Positions 1 to 14,400 of a DNA stretch of 64,000 nucleotides are shown piece after piece. The notes beneath the pieces were generated by a model. The model searched no databases. It was not told where the DNA came from and saw only the letters and a program-made list of their open reading frames with translations. This DNA comes from Octopus bimaculoides (lineage: Eukaryota): positions 49,907,027-49,971,026 of the forward strand of contig NC_068987.1 of NCBI RefSeq assembly GCF_001194135.2. Reading direction: 5' to 3'. A program made the translations under genes and the position numbers. Position 1 is the first letter of the stretch. Every line of letters begins with the position of its first letter.

Positions 1-47
1 CTTAAGTATAGAGCAGTGTATATATATGTGTGTGTGTGTGTGTGTGT

Positions 48-367
48 GAAGGTGCATGGCTCAGTGATTAGAGAGTCAAGCTTATGATCGTGAGGTTGTG
101 AGTTTAATTCCAGGACCGGGCTGTGTGTTGTGTTCTTTGTTTCACGTTGCTCCAGTTAACTCAGCTGTAGAAATGAGTTGTGACATCACTGGTGCCAAGC
201 TGTATTGGCCTTTGCTTTTCCCTTGGATAACATCAGTGGTGTGGAGAGGGGAGCCTAGTATGCAGGGCAACTGCTGGCCTTTCACCAACAACCTTACTCG
301 GACTTGTACCTCAGAAGGTAACTTTCTAAGTGCAATCCCATAGTCATTTATGACCGAAGGGGGTCTT
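48..367 (+). mobile_element. tRNA-derived SINE
   Basis: A-box-like TGGCTCAGTGATTAG and B-box-like GTTTAATTCC at the 5' end; a same-family copy starts at ~63885. Confidence 0.75.
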
Positions 368-372
368 AAATA

Positions 373-402
<30 letters not shown>

Positions 403-409
<7 letters not shown>

Positions 410-1452
410 AAACTACTATCGCCATTATAGACAAACAAACCATCTTCCACACTGTTATAAATATATTCAAGTTCGGGCGTAGTAGAGAACAGCCTACTGT
501 ATCCATCACGTGACTGATTATTATTTGAAGCGGCAACTGCTTCGTACCGTTCCTGCCAGAACGCAAACTGACCAATCACAGCCCTTAATAAGGTCACGTG
601 ATAGTGTTCTTCTAATGCCTTCTGTGGAGCCTACTTTCAGCTATAAATAGACTAAATTATACCCACCAAATCGTCGTGCCTCAGATCTCCTAGATCTGGC
701 TGCCGGCCACACACGCGTAACACAGCCAGCCAGTTTCCAGCGACAACATCAACACCACTTCAACTACGAACTACAAAATTCGCCACCGACGTCGCCAACA
801 GCGTCAACACGACACTACGTACTACCAGCATCGCCAACATCGTCAACATGATTTCTACATACACAAGCTAACCAAACTACCGCAGCACTTCTCTTCGATT
901 CTGTTTGTGTGATTCATCTTCACCACGATAAATAATAGACAAGAACCCCAGCCTGCGAAGAACATCTGTATACAAGAACCCGGCTCGGCATGGAAGCCCT
1001 AACATCACAACGAGTGATCGCCCTGCCCCACACGCCTCAACTTCTTACATACAGACTCTTACTATTGTGTACTCTAAGAACTAGCAAATTCTTATATGTG
1101 TTACTGACTCTTTTTCTATCTGCTGTATCTCACGCATACACATGCATGTATCACTTACACACTCTTTTCTTTACACGACGGCCTGTCTTTTATTATGTTT
1201 TATTATGTCGCATACACTCACACACAGACATACATTTTAATGCTATAATAAATATTACTGTTATTCATCTTTATCGGTTGTGTTCTATCGTCTTCATTAC
1301 TGGCATTTACAAATTCACTATGCTATCGAAGTATAACATATATATATCATTTGATATATTTTGTGTTCGACCGTGTGACGCGTTTAAGAAAGGAGCCCTG
1401 TTTTTCCATTCGTCACCATTTCTCCTTTTTGGTTCGCACGGTCGTTCTTACA
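403..1452 (+). mobile_element. Solo LTR (~1050 bp) of an LTR retrotransposon
   Basis: Starts TGTA and ends TACA, inside a (TA)n tract. Contains CCAAT at 572, TATAAATA at 642 and AATAAA at 1247. CpG-rich relative to the flanks. No internal gag/pol. Confidence 0.75.
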
Positions 1453-2674
1453 TATATATATATATATATATTGCTCTCCCTCTCTCTGACGGGGGTAACC
1501 ATGTATCTCCTCTACAGCAAGATACTTGTTTCTGTCCCTCTGTCACACTCTAACTTCACATATTTTCACAGAAGGGTGGAAACAAGGGACATCATTTGCA
1601 TGACAGTGGCCCTCATTTACAACTATCATACAATGTCTAGACAAGGAGATAGCAACATACACACAGTCATGCACTCAAATACACATATACGACTAGCTTC
1701 TTTCAGTTTCTGTCTGCCCAGTCCACTGTGTCCATATTCAATGCAATTATTTTTAGCTTTATTCATTATATCCTAATAAAATGCATGGTTACTGTGACTT
1801 TGAAGTTTTTAGCCAGCAGTAGTTCATCCAATAATGAAATATAAGAAATGTTTAGTTTCTTTAGTGAATATTAAGAGTGGTGGTTAGTAACACAGTTGGG
1901 AGGCATATGAAGTAGGACAGGGGTTGATTAAAGAAAGAAGTAGGGAAATAATAGAGGAGTTGTCAAATGTGCACAGAGACATGCAAATAACAATGTGTTG
2001 AGTAAGAAGTAATTCAATAGACCAATATGTAAATTTTTCAAACAATTGTGTATGTGCATGGCATAGAGTATATATTTGCGCCTTCAAATGAAGACATGAA
2101 TAGGCAGGCTAATATAAAGAATGTACCTCTTGAATTATGTGTGTGTGTGTACACGCAGGTATGTGTGTGTGCATGCAAGTATGTGTGTGTGTGTGTATGT
2201 GTGTCTGTGCATGTGTGTATGTATATATATTTTTATAAGTGCTTATGTGTTCATATACATAGCCATATCATCGTTTAACATCCGCCTTCCATACTGGCAT
2301 GGGTTGGATGATTTGACTGAGGACTGGTGAGCCAGATAGCTGCACTAGGCTCCAACCTCTGATCTGGCAAAGTTTCTACAGCTGGATGCCCTTCCTAACG
2401 CCAACCACTCTGAGAGTGTAGTGGGTGCTTTTACATGCCACCGGCACGAGGGCCAGTCAGGCAGTACTGGCAACGGCCACGCTCAAATGGTGTTTTTTTA
2501 TAAATACACATGTAGAAATATACATATGTACCTATATATATATATATATATATATATNNNNNNNNNNNNNNNNNNNNNNNNNNNNNNNNNNNNNNNNNNN
2601 NNNNNNNNNNNNNNNNNNNNNNNNNNNNNNNNNNNNNNNNNNNNNNNNNNNNNNNNNNNNNNNNNNNNNNNNNN

Positions 2675-2711
<37 letters not shown>

Positions 2712-2712
<1 letters not shown>

Positions 2713-3605
2713 GAGGTGTTATTAAAACGTTCCCAGACTAGTTATGTTAAATAAAAAATAACTTATTTACCTAAGTTTTAATATCATCTCCTTCAAAATA
2801 GCCACCTTGTGCAGCAATACATCGTTTCCAGCATTTCTGCCACTTTTGGAATCTGGCCTGGAAGTCAGTTTCTGTAAGCAGTTGAGAATCTTCTGCAATT
2901 CACTCTGGATCTTGACAATGATGTTAAAATGGCGACCTTTCAACTATGTTTTCATCTTGGAGAGGACACGGAAGTCTGCAAATGCTAAATCTGGTGAATA
3001 TGGTGGATGCAGAAGTGATACCATGTTGCTTTTGGCAAGAAACTCATGAGTGAGGAGAGCTCAGTGAAGAATTCAATTCTTTGCGCTCCACAGATCCAGT
3101 CGCTTTAGCCGTATATCCTCCCTCAAATGCTTCAAAACATCACAGTAGAATTCTCAATCAATGGTCTGGCCCTGGGGGACGAATTCTCAATGCACAATAC
3201 CACATTTCTGGGGGTGACACTCATGGCAGGTCTTCCAAATTGTTCATCATCTTCCAGAGATGTTCTTCCATTTTTGAAGCCCCTGTGCCACTTGAAACAT
3301 TGCATACGACCCATTACCTCATTACCATAAGCTTGCTGAAGCATGCTCAATGTCTCTGTAGCAGACTAAGTTTAATGCAAAATTTCATGTTGGCTCTTAG
3401 TTCCTGTCCATGACAAAATTGCAGACTACAACATACATACAATCACAAAAACACAAATTTCACAACTTGCGAAGTAAACACAGCGATGTCACTCACCACA
3501 CTGCCTCTTGAAAGTCACTGCTAGCTCTCATTGTGCATGCAACCGTGTGCTGCCATCTGTTGGTGTGCTACAGAATTAGTCTGGGAACATTCCGATACCA
3601 CCTCG
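2712..3605 (-). mobile_element. Internally deleted mariner transposon
   Basis: ~30-bp imperfect TIRs with TA on both sides. Minus strand encodes an HTH N-terminus (MLQQAYGNEVMGRMQCFKWHRGFKNGRTSLEDD), FVPQGQT and LHPPYSPDLA...KGRHF. The central region is missing. Confidence 0.92.
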
Positions 3606-5867
3606 TATATATATAGCCTTTCTTTTGACATCTCTCTATGAGGAAGAAAAATCTGATGTAACACCTGTGGCTTTGCATGCATTGATGTAGACATGGTTTC
3701 TGTGGCTGGAGGTCCTTCCTAATGCCAACAGTATGAACTGGATGCATTTTTTATGCCAACAGCACTCCTGAGGTCATCAAATAATTTGAAAAACACAAGA
3801 AGGAAAAATCCCTCTTGACTGAGTGGGGCAGGGAAGGGCTATATGAGATGGGGAACTGGTGTTGGGAGGTTAAAGTATGATAAAGAGTCAAGCACAGGTG
3901 TGTTGCTATACAGGAGATACATGGTTATCCAGCACTATATAAGGATGGGTTGGAATTGCTAGAAAGAAGATAGAGATAGTAGTGAAAACATGCCAGAGAA
4001 TCTCAAGGTACAAGAAAGAGAGTTTAAGAAAGAATGCAGAGTGGATTGGGGAGAGGGGACGGTAATTTCATTAGAGTATCAAAGGAGATTAACAGATGAT
4101 TAGAGATGGGTGTAGAGGTGAATGTAGTGTGTGATGAACAATGGTGGAGGTATGTTTGAGGGGGAAATATCAGTATGAAGGTTTGTTTGGTGAGGTGTAA
4201 GAGATAGAAGAGGTTCAGGAAGGATGATAGCTGAGAAAGCAGGGGAATGATGAGCAAGGTGATGTGCAGTAATGGAGATGGAGATAAGAGGTACGTAAGG
4301 GTGGCCATTGTAAGTGGGGTAACAACAGTGGACGGGGTCATCAATGATATTTATGAGAGTGCATAGAGAATGATAGCAAATATGAGAGACAAGGTATGGC
4401 AGGTCTAAGATGTAGCTCAGAAGAGGGAGAGATAACTGAAGGCAAAGACAAAAAGTGATCAATGGAAAATGATGATGTTAATAGAAAGTGGTTTTGAGGA
4501 AGGAGGCAACTGGTAATTCAAAACAAAGGGGACAGGGAAATGTACCAATTCTGCTTGCAAATAATTACAACAGCTGAGTGGTACCATTAGTTAGAAGTAG
4601 GATGGGTATTAGGAGGATGCAGTGTAAGCAATGCTTGATGGTGCAGAGCCTGGCATGTATAGGCCTTAACTAAATATTCTCAAGGCCTCATTTTCCCCAT
4701 GGTGGAATAAGTCTCCTTGAGCACAGTGAATCACCAATCACCTTGGTCCTTTGTCATCTCCTCTGTGAGGCTCAACATTTTGAGATCAGCTTTCGCTACT
4801 CTAACTCTGTACATCTGAGGACGAAGGTGCATTTTGTGCCAGCGTATAATATGGAAGTAAGTCAAACTGTTATTCAATATTTACAATTCCAACTAAATAT
4901 GTTGAGTTCTACTCTTACTCCTCCTGGTTGTAAATGTGTGTTTGTACATACATGTTTGTATAGAGTATATAACAGGAAATTTTGCTGAGATCCCATCTGC
5001 TAACCTTTTGATCCACTTATAGTAGAGTTTTGACCTAGCTTCCTATTCTTCTTATTGTGACCAACCTTGTCTTCTAAGATAACAAGAAATCTCTCAAAAG
5101 TTTTGCGAGACCTTTCCAACTTCTGTCATATTAAATTATTTTCTTGAACTTCAGACTACAATTTGTCAAGATTGGTAATGCAGCATTTATTTGCAATGTT
5201 TACATTTATATGTGTGTGTGTTTGTATACATATGTATGTGTGCCCTAGTATGGCCATAGCCTTAGGGCTGAAACATATAAAAGAATATATAAATATATAT
5301 ATATTCCTGTACTGCCACTTAACACTTCTATCATTCTCACCAGCCCCCACTTCATAGTGATATTTATCATCAACCACATTTCCACCTTTGTTCATCATTT
5401 ACCACCTCTAACCATTTGCCACTCTCACGAAATTCAGTCATTCTTTCCTTCCCACTTGATCCATATTCTCTTATACTCACCTTCTTGTACTCTGAGAGTT
5501 TGCAAGCTACTTCTACTCACCCTTATATAATATGGGGTAGCCATGTATCTACTCCATGGCAGGACACCTGTGCATTTCCCTCCATCAGTTTTAGCTTAAT
5601 ACCTGACATGAAACCACCTTCCCATCTCTCAAATACACTCCTACACAGTCAATGGGGGTTTTCTTGTGAGTTAATTAGTGACCTCATTAGTGCCTGTGTC
5701 ATTTAAAAAATATCTACTGTACACTATAAAGTGGTTAGTATGAGGAAGGGTATCCAGCTGCAGAAGCCACGCCATAGCTGACATGGAAATTCAACACAGT
5801 CCTGCTTGTGAGATCCTGTCAAACCATCCAAACCATGATAGCATGGGAAGCAGACATTAAATGATAA

Positions 5868-6280
5868 TCATCATTTAACGTCCGCTTTCCATGCTAGCAT
5901 GGGTTGGAAGATTTGACTGAGGACTGGTGAACCAGATGGCTACACCAGGCTCCAATCTGATTTGGCAGAGTTTCTATAGCTAGATGCCCTTCCTAATGCC
6001 AACCACTCCGAGAGTGTAGTGGGTGCTTTTACGTGCCACCGGCATGAAGGCCAGTCAGGCGGTACTGGCAACGGCCATGCTCGAAATGGTGTATTTTACA
6101 TGCCACCTGCACAAGAGCCAGTCCAGCGGTACTGGCAACGAACTCGCTTGAATGTCTTTTCACGTGCCAGGAAGGCGACGTTGGTAATGGTCACGCTCAA
6201 ATGGTGCTATTTACATGCCACCGGTACGAAAGCCAGACAGCTGCTTTGGCAATGATCACGCTCAGACGGTGCTCTTAGTG
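5868..6280 (-). mobile_element. RTE-LINE 3'-end related repeat (representative copy of the most common family here)
   Basis: catcatttaacgtccgctttccatgc...cttcctaatgccaacc with a (CAT)n tail and ~65-bp internal subrepeats. Other copies near 2265, 11560, 21000-21270, 23765, 25225, 34540-34760, 36430, 36690, 51240 and 61970. Confidence 0.75.
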
Positions 6281-6640
6281 TGTGAAGTATTCATATATAA
6301 ATGTATTCTAGTAAATCAATACCAATTTCCAAAGTGACCTTCCTTGTTTCATTATTAATCAAAATATTGCTTAGTTACTCAAAAGCAAACCATTCTATGA
6401 TTGAAAACTGAACAAATGCCAAAACTATTCTAGCAGCAGCAAAACCAGTTGCAATACAACAGCAGCTCATATCAAGGTAGAGTTACAAATCTTCACCAAA
6501 GACTAACCAATTAACACCGCTAATGAAGGCATAGAGATGGCTGTGTAGTTAAGAAGTTTGTTTCCAAACCACATAAATTTTGTCTCAGTCCTACTGCATG
6601 GCATCATGGTCATTGTAAACTGAAAGAAACACATTGCATA

Positions 6641-6857
6641 CACAAGAGGGTGCTGAAAAGTTCCTAGCTTTGGGTAAAAGAAAATACAGGAGGATCAGTT
6701 AATTATGATTTTATTGAACATATTCCCCTCTCAGTTTCACACTTATTGTAGTGGTCCTTCAGTTTTTCTAAGCCCTGTAAAAGAACTCGGAAGTTTGAGC
6801 CTCCAACTAGGCCTTTTGTGATACACTTAAAGCCAGGAACTTTACAGCACTCCCTCA
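6641..6857. mobile_element. Mariner-derived MITE
   Basis: TIR ...gtgctgaaaagttcctggcttt with TA flanks; same family as 33614-33830 and 48047-48239. Confidence 0.85.
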
Positions 6858-7084
6858 TATATATATATATATTGTGTATGTGTGTAATGTAGAGTGCTTA
6901 TCTCAACCTCACACAATAGTTGTAAACAAGCATTGTCATACATTGTCCTTCATTTTCTATATTCCATGAATACATCTGGCCACGAAGAAATATTAACCTT
7001 ACTTGGAAACAGGTGAAAGTTGGCAACAAAAAGAGCATTTGGCTATAGAAGATCTACTTCAATAAATATTTGAACTATATCACC

Positions 7085-7250
7085 ACTGTACCGAAGCATA
7101 TTGTAGCAACTGGAGATATCCATAAACTGTATCAGCTCCTGCACAGCCTATGACAAATAGTAGGCAAAGTATAGATAACAACACTATTAATGATGTTATC
7201 ACTAATCTGGCACTTGCTGTTTTATGTGCAGTAGGGTACAGAAACAGTGA
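7085..7250 (-). pseudogene. Short PCNX4-like fragment
   Basis: CAGADTVYGY vs CVCADTVYYY. Confidence 0.45.
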
Positions 7251-9889
7251 TGTTTCTAATACTAAATGCCTTAAGGGATTTATTTATATTTCATACATTT
7301 TGGATTAGAATCCCATCAGGGTGGACTTAACCATTTACTTCTCAGAGTTAATAAAATACAGGTGTTTATCCATTCCATTATGAAATCCCACCAATCTACA
7401 ACGTGATCTTGTGTCAAATCAAAGCAATCCGGCTGAGGTTGACTTTACTTTTCATCCTTTCAGGGTTGATAAAATAAGTACCAGCTGAGCACTAGGGTTG
7501 ATATAATCGACTTCCCTCTTCCCTCAGAATTGCTAGCCTTGTGTCAAAAATTAAATTATTAAGGTAGCCAACTGGCAGAATCATTTGCATGCCAAAATGC
7601 TTAGCTTCACTTCTAGCTCTCTCATCCTTTTGGAGCTGATAATATAAAATATCAGTTGAGCACTGGCGTCAATTTAATTAACTAGTTCCACCCCACTAAA
7701 ATTTGCTGGCCTTGTGCCAAAATTTGAAACTATTATCTATATAATAATCTGCTTGCCCATTATACTTTAGTTAGAGAGGTAGAATAAAAGTGAAGGGGGG
7801 AGAAATGTGAGTAGAGAAGAAAGAAGAGCAGAGTATAACAATAGACTAAGGCCAAATGAATCATGTGGTTAGTTGAAGGGAGAGGCAAAGGACAAGAGAA
7901 AAAGATGGTGAGAGAAAAGTGGGAGAGAGAAGTGTTAAGGATATGCTGTAGGGTGGGAAGGTGAAGAGAAAGAGAGAAATGTTAAAGACATGAAGAGGGG
8001 AATTACATAGTTAAAAGGTTTGTTGAAAAGGTAGAAAGAGAGAAACACAAACCACTTAGAGGAAAATTTTAAAATTATAAATATTATTGTGACTGGAAGT
8101 GAAATAACTTAACAAAATAAAAATAATCCTTTCTTTCTTAAATAGCTTCTCCACAGGTCCCACTAGTTATCATTAAAGCAACAAACTGGCAGAATCATTA
8201 CAATGGAGGACAATGTACTTAGTGGCAGTTTTTCCAGCTCTTTACAATCTGAGTTCAAATGCTGCCATGGTCACCTTTGCTTTTCATCCCTTTGGGAGTC
8301 AATGTAATCAACTAGCCCCTCCCGCAAAATTTCAGGCCTTGTAGTTATAATAGAAATGATTATTATTAAGCAAATTAGCTAGTTAGAAAATCTCTATAAG
8401 AGATGAAAGCAGTAACTTTACTAAGAAGTAATGTTTATCACCACCTCATCATGACTGTTCCGTAGGAACCACCATGTTGAAGACTATATTTAATTATTAA
8501 GGTGGAATGCCATCAGAATTGTTACAGCATCAGGGAAAATGCTTTGTGGTATTTTTTCTAGACCTTAATGTTCTGAAATCAAATCCAACCAAAATCAACT
8601 TTGCCTTTCATCTTTTTCAGGATCAGTAAAATAAAGTACCAATCAAGGTGGTGAAACGGACTAATACCCTCAAAATTGCTGGTTTGTGCCTAAATTATAA
8701 ACAATTACTTTTAATCCAAAATAATAATTCTTTACATTTGACAGTTATAGAGGATGTGTGTAACTGAATGAATCAATCCTAAAATACAATTAATGGAATA
8801 ATGGACTGGTAGAATCCTTAGAATGACAGACAAAACAGCCTGTGGTATTTAGTTAGATCATTTTACATTTGAGTTCAAACCCTGCCAGCTGACCTCATCT
8901 TTCCTCCAAACAGTGTCAATAAAATAAAGTACCACTCAAATACTGGGATGGATATAACTGACTAAATCCTTCTCCAAAATGTGGCCTTGTGCCAGTGTTA
9001 GTAATCCTAGAGTGACAGAGTCAAGGATTAAACATCTAACAGCTTTTAGTTTTGTTCCTCTACTTATTTTGAGTTTAAATTTCAACTAGGTTTAACTCAG
9101 ACTTTTATTTTAACAGTGCTTTATAGAATAAGACCTAAGCATGTTATGAGGAAGCATTCATTCCAGAGAACCACACCTCTACAAAATTTTTGTGCATGTG
9201 TGAATACTAAAAATAATTATTGGTTTCAAATTCTGGCACAAGGCCAGCAATTTGGGGGGAGGGGGGGTGAAAGTCAGTTACATTAACCCCTGCTCAACTG
9301 GTACTTATTTTCTCGACCTGAAAAGGATGAAAGGCTAAATCAACCTTGCTGGAATTTGAACTCAGAACATAAAAAAGGGCAAAATGCTGCTAAGCATTTT
9401 GTCCAGTGTGCTAATGAGTCTGCCAGTTCACTACCTTTAATACTAGGAATAATGACTGATTACAGAAAATTGGTTGAAACAAGTCAAATTAAAATGCTGT
9501 GCAGGCATACTTAAACCTTGCGAGTGGATTTGGTAGTTGGAAACTATAAGAAATTTGTCATATATGTATGTGTCTCATCCTGACTTGTAAATGAATGCCA
9601 CCATCATACAAATGGTGTTGTGCATTTCCAATTTCCCATAGAAATGTGTCCAACCATAGGGAAAAAATATTTTGTCAGGAAATAGATAGCGACTGGTGAC
9701 AGGAAAGTCATTTTGTCATAGAAAATCTGCCTCAACTAATTCCATCTGACCATGCAAGTATGAAAAAGTGAAGGTTAAAATGATGATAATATACACATAC
9801 ATATGTATGTAAAGCTATGTACTAGGCACATACAAGTCAAATTTACCCATTTCCCTATAGATTGAAGAAAAAACAAAGACATTTTAATT

Positions 9890-10090
9890 TTTGACCCTTA
9901 TTGAGGTCTCATCAAAGTTGTCTACATCACTTGACCATTCTCAGAGAAAAAGCAGCTAATCTGTTTATATACACATCAAATCTAGCAGCTCAAGCCAGTA
10001 GGCCTGTCAGTAGGGAACCCAATCCACACAGTAACAAGGTATGATGTATGTAAACCTTTGTAGAAGATATACTAAGTGGCAAATTTACTT
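9890..10090 (-). pseudogene. Short PCNX4-like N-terminal fragment
   Basis: HHTLLLCGLG vs FHSILAGLACGLG; TLMRP vs PLMRP downstream. Confidence 0.45.
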
Positions 10091-10439
10091 ATGTATCTGT
10101 GTTTGTGAGTATGCATGCTCACGCATGTACTGTGTGCTTGCTTCTATAAGTCACAATGTATGAACAGTGATGCTTTTGTCAATCCTTCTATAAACAAATC
10201 ACCTGCGCACTTCATACCTTCAAAGATGTGAGAAATAAAAGGTTCCTTAATGCAAAACAGGTAAGGATTAGCTACAGGAAGAGCATCATACTGTATAACA
10301 ATACTACAATAACATGTTCATCTAACCTATTCTAATATGGAAAAATGGATTTGAAAATGAACAAACGGGTAATGATTTGTTCTGTGTTCAAATCTAAGGA
10401 TACTGAAAAAGCTGAAGTTTCTTAATCAAGGATATATCA

Positions 10440-11170
10440 CAATCTTAATTGAGAGGAAATGCTCCACTAACCCTTCAATTTGCAATTTGAAGTCCTATTT
10501 ATAAATATAATCAAATAAGAGAACAAGCCTAATGGCATTACTAATGATGTTTTTGTAAAGAATTCTGTACTAATGGCATCAATGTTTTTTATTAAATACA
10601 AAAATGCAATAGTCCTTCCCCATCTTTAATAACACAACTATCACTACCATCATCTGCCAAACTTAATGGAAAAGGTCTTTCATACTTTTAGTGGGAGCAA
10701 CTGGCAAAATTAGAGATAATTGGCAACCAATAAATGCAAACTAACTCCTAATGAGTTAGTTGTAAATGAAGTAAATATGATATAAATAATGCAAAAGTGG
10801 GAGACGTATAACCAGAGTAATAACAAGATGGCAGACGTAGTGTTGATAATAATGACTCAGAGCTTAGGTTTGGTTAATAAATAATTTACAATTAGGTTAT
10901 TAGTCAGTAAATGATTGAGAATTTTAGACTGGTGGCAGCGGTGATGGAGAGCAGAAAAAATAAAACACCAACTTTTCGTGAGTTATTTCATTCCATCTAT
11001 AAGGGAGAATGAGGTAAAAAATGTGGCTTTCATGCCTTTCTTTTAAGCATGAAAGCCACATTGTAAGTGAACTGGCTCCAAAAGGAAGGATAAGATGAGC
11101 CATAAACTCATACACACTACAAGTCCTAAAAAAAAGGCCATACATTTTGGGGAAACCCTCAGTCAAGGCA
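10440..11170 (-). pseudogene. Decayed PCNX4-like fragment just downstream of the MTR4 stop; overlaps in content with 15420-15815
   Basis: [25 protein letters not shown] vs [54 protein letters not shown]. Confidence 0.65.
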
Positions 11171-11439
11171 TGAATGGTACTTACCTTGTCAATCTCAAAA
11201 GAACTAAAGACAAACTTGACCTTAGCAGAGATAATCTTTTTTTTTTTTTATTATCAGGTACAAGACACAATCCAAAAGACACACAGATATTCAAATTGTA
11301 AATGTTTACAATACAAAAGAAAACACAATAATGGTAGAAAGTATGATTTAATGTAACAATAAAAATTTCCTTTTCATAAATGTTATTTACAATGAATATA
11401 AAATCATTCCAGTTTAGATGTGACAGGAAAAGAAAGGTA

Positions 11440-11492
11440 CTATAGGTACAAACTGGCTGCAAATACAATATCTCTTTTTATTTTCCTGATCC
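11440..11492 (-). CDS. MTREX: MTR4 exon 26 (stop codon)
   Basis: cag|(G)[19 protein letters not shown]; canonical MTR4/Ski2 C-terminus. Confidence 0.97.
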
Positions 11493-14400
11493 CTGGAAAA
11501 AAAAAAAGAATAAATAAGTAAATATGTTCTGTTATAATTAGTGTATGAAGTATCATACATTATCATCATTTAACGTCTGTCTTCCATGCTGGAATGGATT
11601 GGACAGTTCAATAGGATCCAATAAGTTGGAAGGCTACATTGAGCTCTAATGTGTCATAGTTTCTACAGCTGGATGCCCTTCCTAATGCTAACCACTTTAT
11701 AGTGTACTGGGTGATAGAGCTGCGAAATCTTGCATGCATTAATTTCAACCCTTATTAATAACTGCATTGTTTCTTTCCTGGTAAAATGACATCTGACTCT
11801 ACAAAGAAGACTACAAAAGTAACTCGTAGCGACTTCTCTTGAAAATGGACAAAATTTGATATTGTGCTGTTATCAAGTACTTGCAGAAAAAGGGTTTAGC
11901 CCTCAATGACATTCATTACTAGTACTTATTCTATTGGTAACTTTTGCCAAACCGCTAAGTTATGGGGACATAAATAAACACACCAACATTGGTTGCCAAG
12001 CGGTAGTGGGGGGGGGGGGCAAACACAGACACACAAACATATACATATATATATATACAACAGGCTTCTTTCAGTTTCCGTCTACCAAATCCACTCTCAA
12101 GGCTTTGGTTGACCCGAGGCTGTAGTAAAAGACACTTGCCCAGGGTGCCACAGTGGGACTGAACCCGGAATCATGTGGTTGGTAAGCAAGCTACTTACCA
12201 CACAACCACTCCTGCACCTATGGAATATTTTTTTACATCTAATATCTATAAAAAATATATTTAATTACTAAATCTATATATAGATATATAGCCATCTTCT
12301 TTCTGCGGAGGTATCCCCTAAAAACGTCTCTGTGCTGAATACTTTGACAAAAAGTATGTTTCAGCTCACTTTGTTATAAACAGGTACTAAAGGAAGCAGT
12401 TTACTCTCATTACAAACAGCATATGAACTGTAAATGAAGCAGAAATCCACTTAGAGAACCTGAATAAGATATGTTGATATGGGAATTGAAACACATGGAA
12501 AGCAGCTGTATTTTTGCAAATCTGTCCTATTTATGTGAATAATGGAGGGGAAAAGAGAAAAAAACAACAAACTCCCATAAATTTGATGATGATGATGATA
12601 CATTTGTTTCAATAGTAACTGATTTTACTATAATTGCAATGACTTCAGTCGTTTTCTGAAGGAGTGTGTTAGTTGAGTTTATTCACCACCAACTGGTAAC
12701 ATTTATCACAAAATGACATTAATTAGATAATAAACGTTCAGCTCTAACTAAAAGCTGCAATTACTATATGATATATAAATAGATTTGCTCTACATAAATC
12801 TGGCTGATGATTCCTCCAATTACTCAAGGTCAGGTCAATCACAAATTAAGATATTAATGTGGTGAAAATTAGAGTCAACAAACAGAAATAGCCACACATA
12901 ACACATACAAAGCCAATACAATAGAGAGTATTTTACTATACCTTCTGAAAATTTACTTTCAAGTTCTGTATTTCCAATAGCTTTTGATGCTTGACACATT
13001 TGTCTCAACATTTCCTCTAATCGCCGCATGATTCTTATAACACTTCCTGTTAAAATATTTTTATTAAACCAAAGGTTATTAATTCAGTAAGTGGGATGTA
13101 ACACCAATCACAACCATTGGTGGAAGGCAATCCTTAACCCTTTAGCATTTAAATTGGGCATATCAGGCCCAAATATTCTACAGCTGGTCAGACCTAGCCT
13201 CTCATACCTGCCCTACAATGACATTCTAATAAGCTACCACTACATCCAAATTCGTGGAGGTACAATGGCCCAGTGGTTAGGGCAGCGGACTCGTGGTCAT
13301 AGGATCGCGGTTTTGATTCCCAGACCGGGCGTTGTGAGTGTTTATTGAGCAAAAACACCTAAAGCTCCATGAGGCTCCAGCAGGGGATGGTGGCGAACCC
13401 TGCTGTACTCTTTCACCACAACTTTCTCTCACTCTTACTTCCTGTTTCTGTTGTGCCTGTAATTCAAAGGGTCAGCCTTGTCATACTGTGTCACGCTGAA
13501 TATCCCCGAGAACTACGTTAAGGGTACACGTGTCTGTGGAGTGCTCAGCCACTTGCACGTTAATTTCATGAGCAGGCTGTTCCGTTGATCGGATCAACTG
13601 GAACCCTCGACGTCGTAAGCAACGGAGTGCCATTACATCCAAATTCTAAAGCTATGAAATAATGCATGATTAATTCAAAACAATGTGAATAAATAAGCAT
13701 TAAATCTGACAGAGTAATCTGAATGCTAAAAGGTTAATACAGTTAACAAAATCAAAAATCATGATTAAAAGGAAAACAAAAAACAGTTCATATTGAAGTT
13801 TTGAGATAGACAGCTGACCATGTTAGAAATAACACAAATAAAATGGCTTTGTAGATATGGTATCAGAGGGCTATCAAGTAAAAAGTCTTCATTTTAAAAT
13901 CACTGTAGGTTATTTTATTGTGTATTTGGAGATTTCATTGAACACCATGTACCTAAGTTTACCTAACTGGTGGAAATATGTTCTGTATTCTATCATAGAG
14001 GAGACCCATCTTTCTCCAACTTCAAGTTAAGGATTTGTAACTAAGCACTGCTTCTGAAAAGCTATTTGAAGCTTCAGAGATATATTTTGCATTTAGTAAG
14101 TGTCCCAGCTGTAAATAGGAACTAAGCAGAGATACAGTAGGCTGCTGTAGGTAGTTTGGTAAGTTGTAAATTAATTACAGTTGTATTAGCTTACTGTAGG
14201 AAGATCATGTCCTGAAATTGCTTACTGAAAAAGAAACAGATCCTAATGACCACCAACAAGAATTCTAAACGTCCATTGAGCCTCAACATGAAAATCACTT
14301 TATCTGTTGTTAGAAATAGCAGCCAAATCTACAAAAATGACACTCTGCTCTCTTAACGAATATAGTACTAATGAACAAAATGGTCATGACTAGAACGCTT

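Noticed and set aside
142-597. 151-aa and 187-aa ORFs (142-597, 990-1553)
   Set aside because: They run through SINE, (TA)n and LTR sequence and have no recognisable protein features
9860-10040. Apparent + strand exon (tag|...aag|gtatga)
   Set aside because: All three frames contain stops; better explained as the antisense of a PCNX4-like fragment
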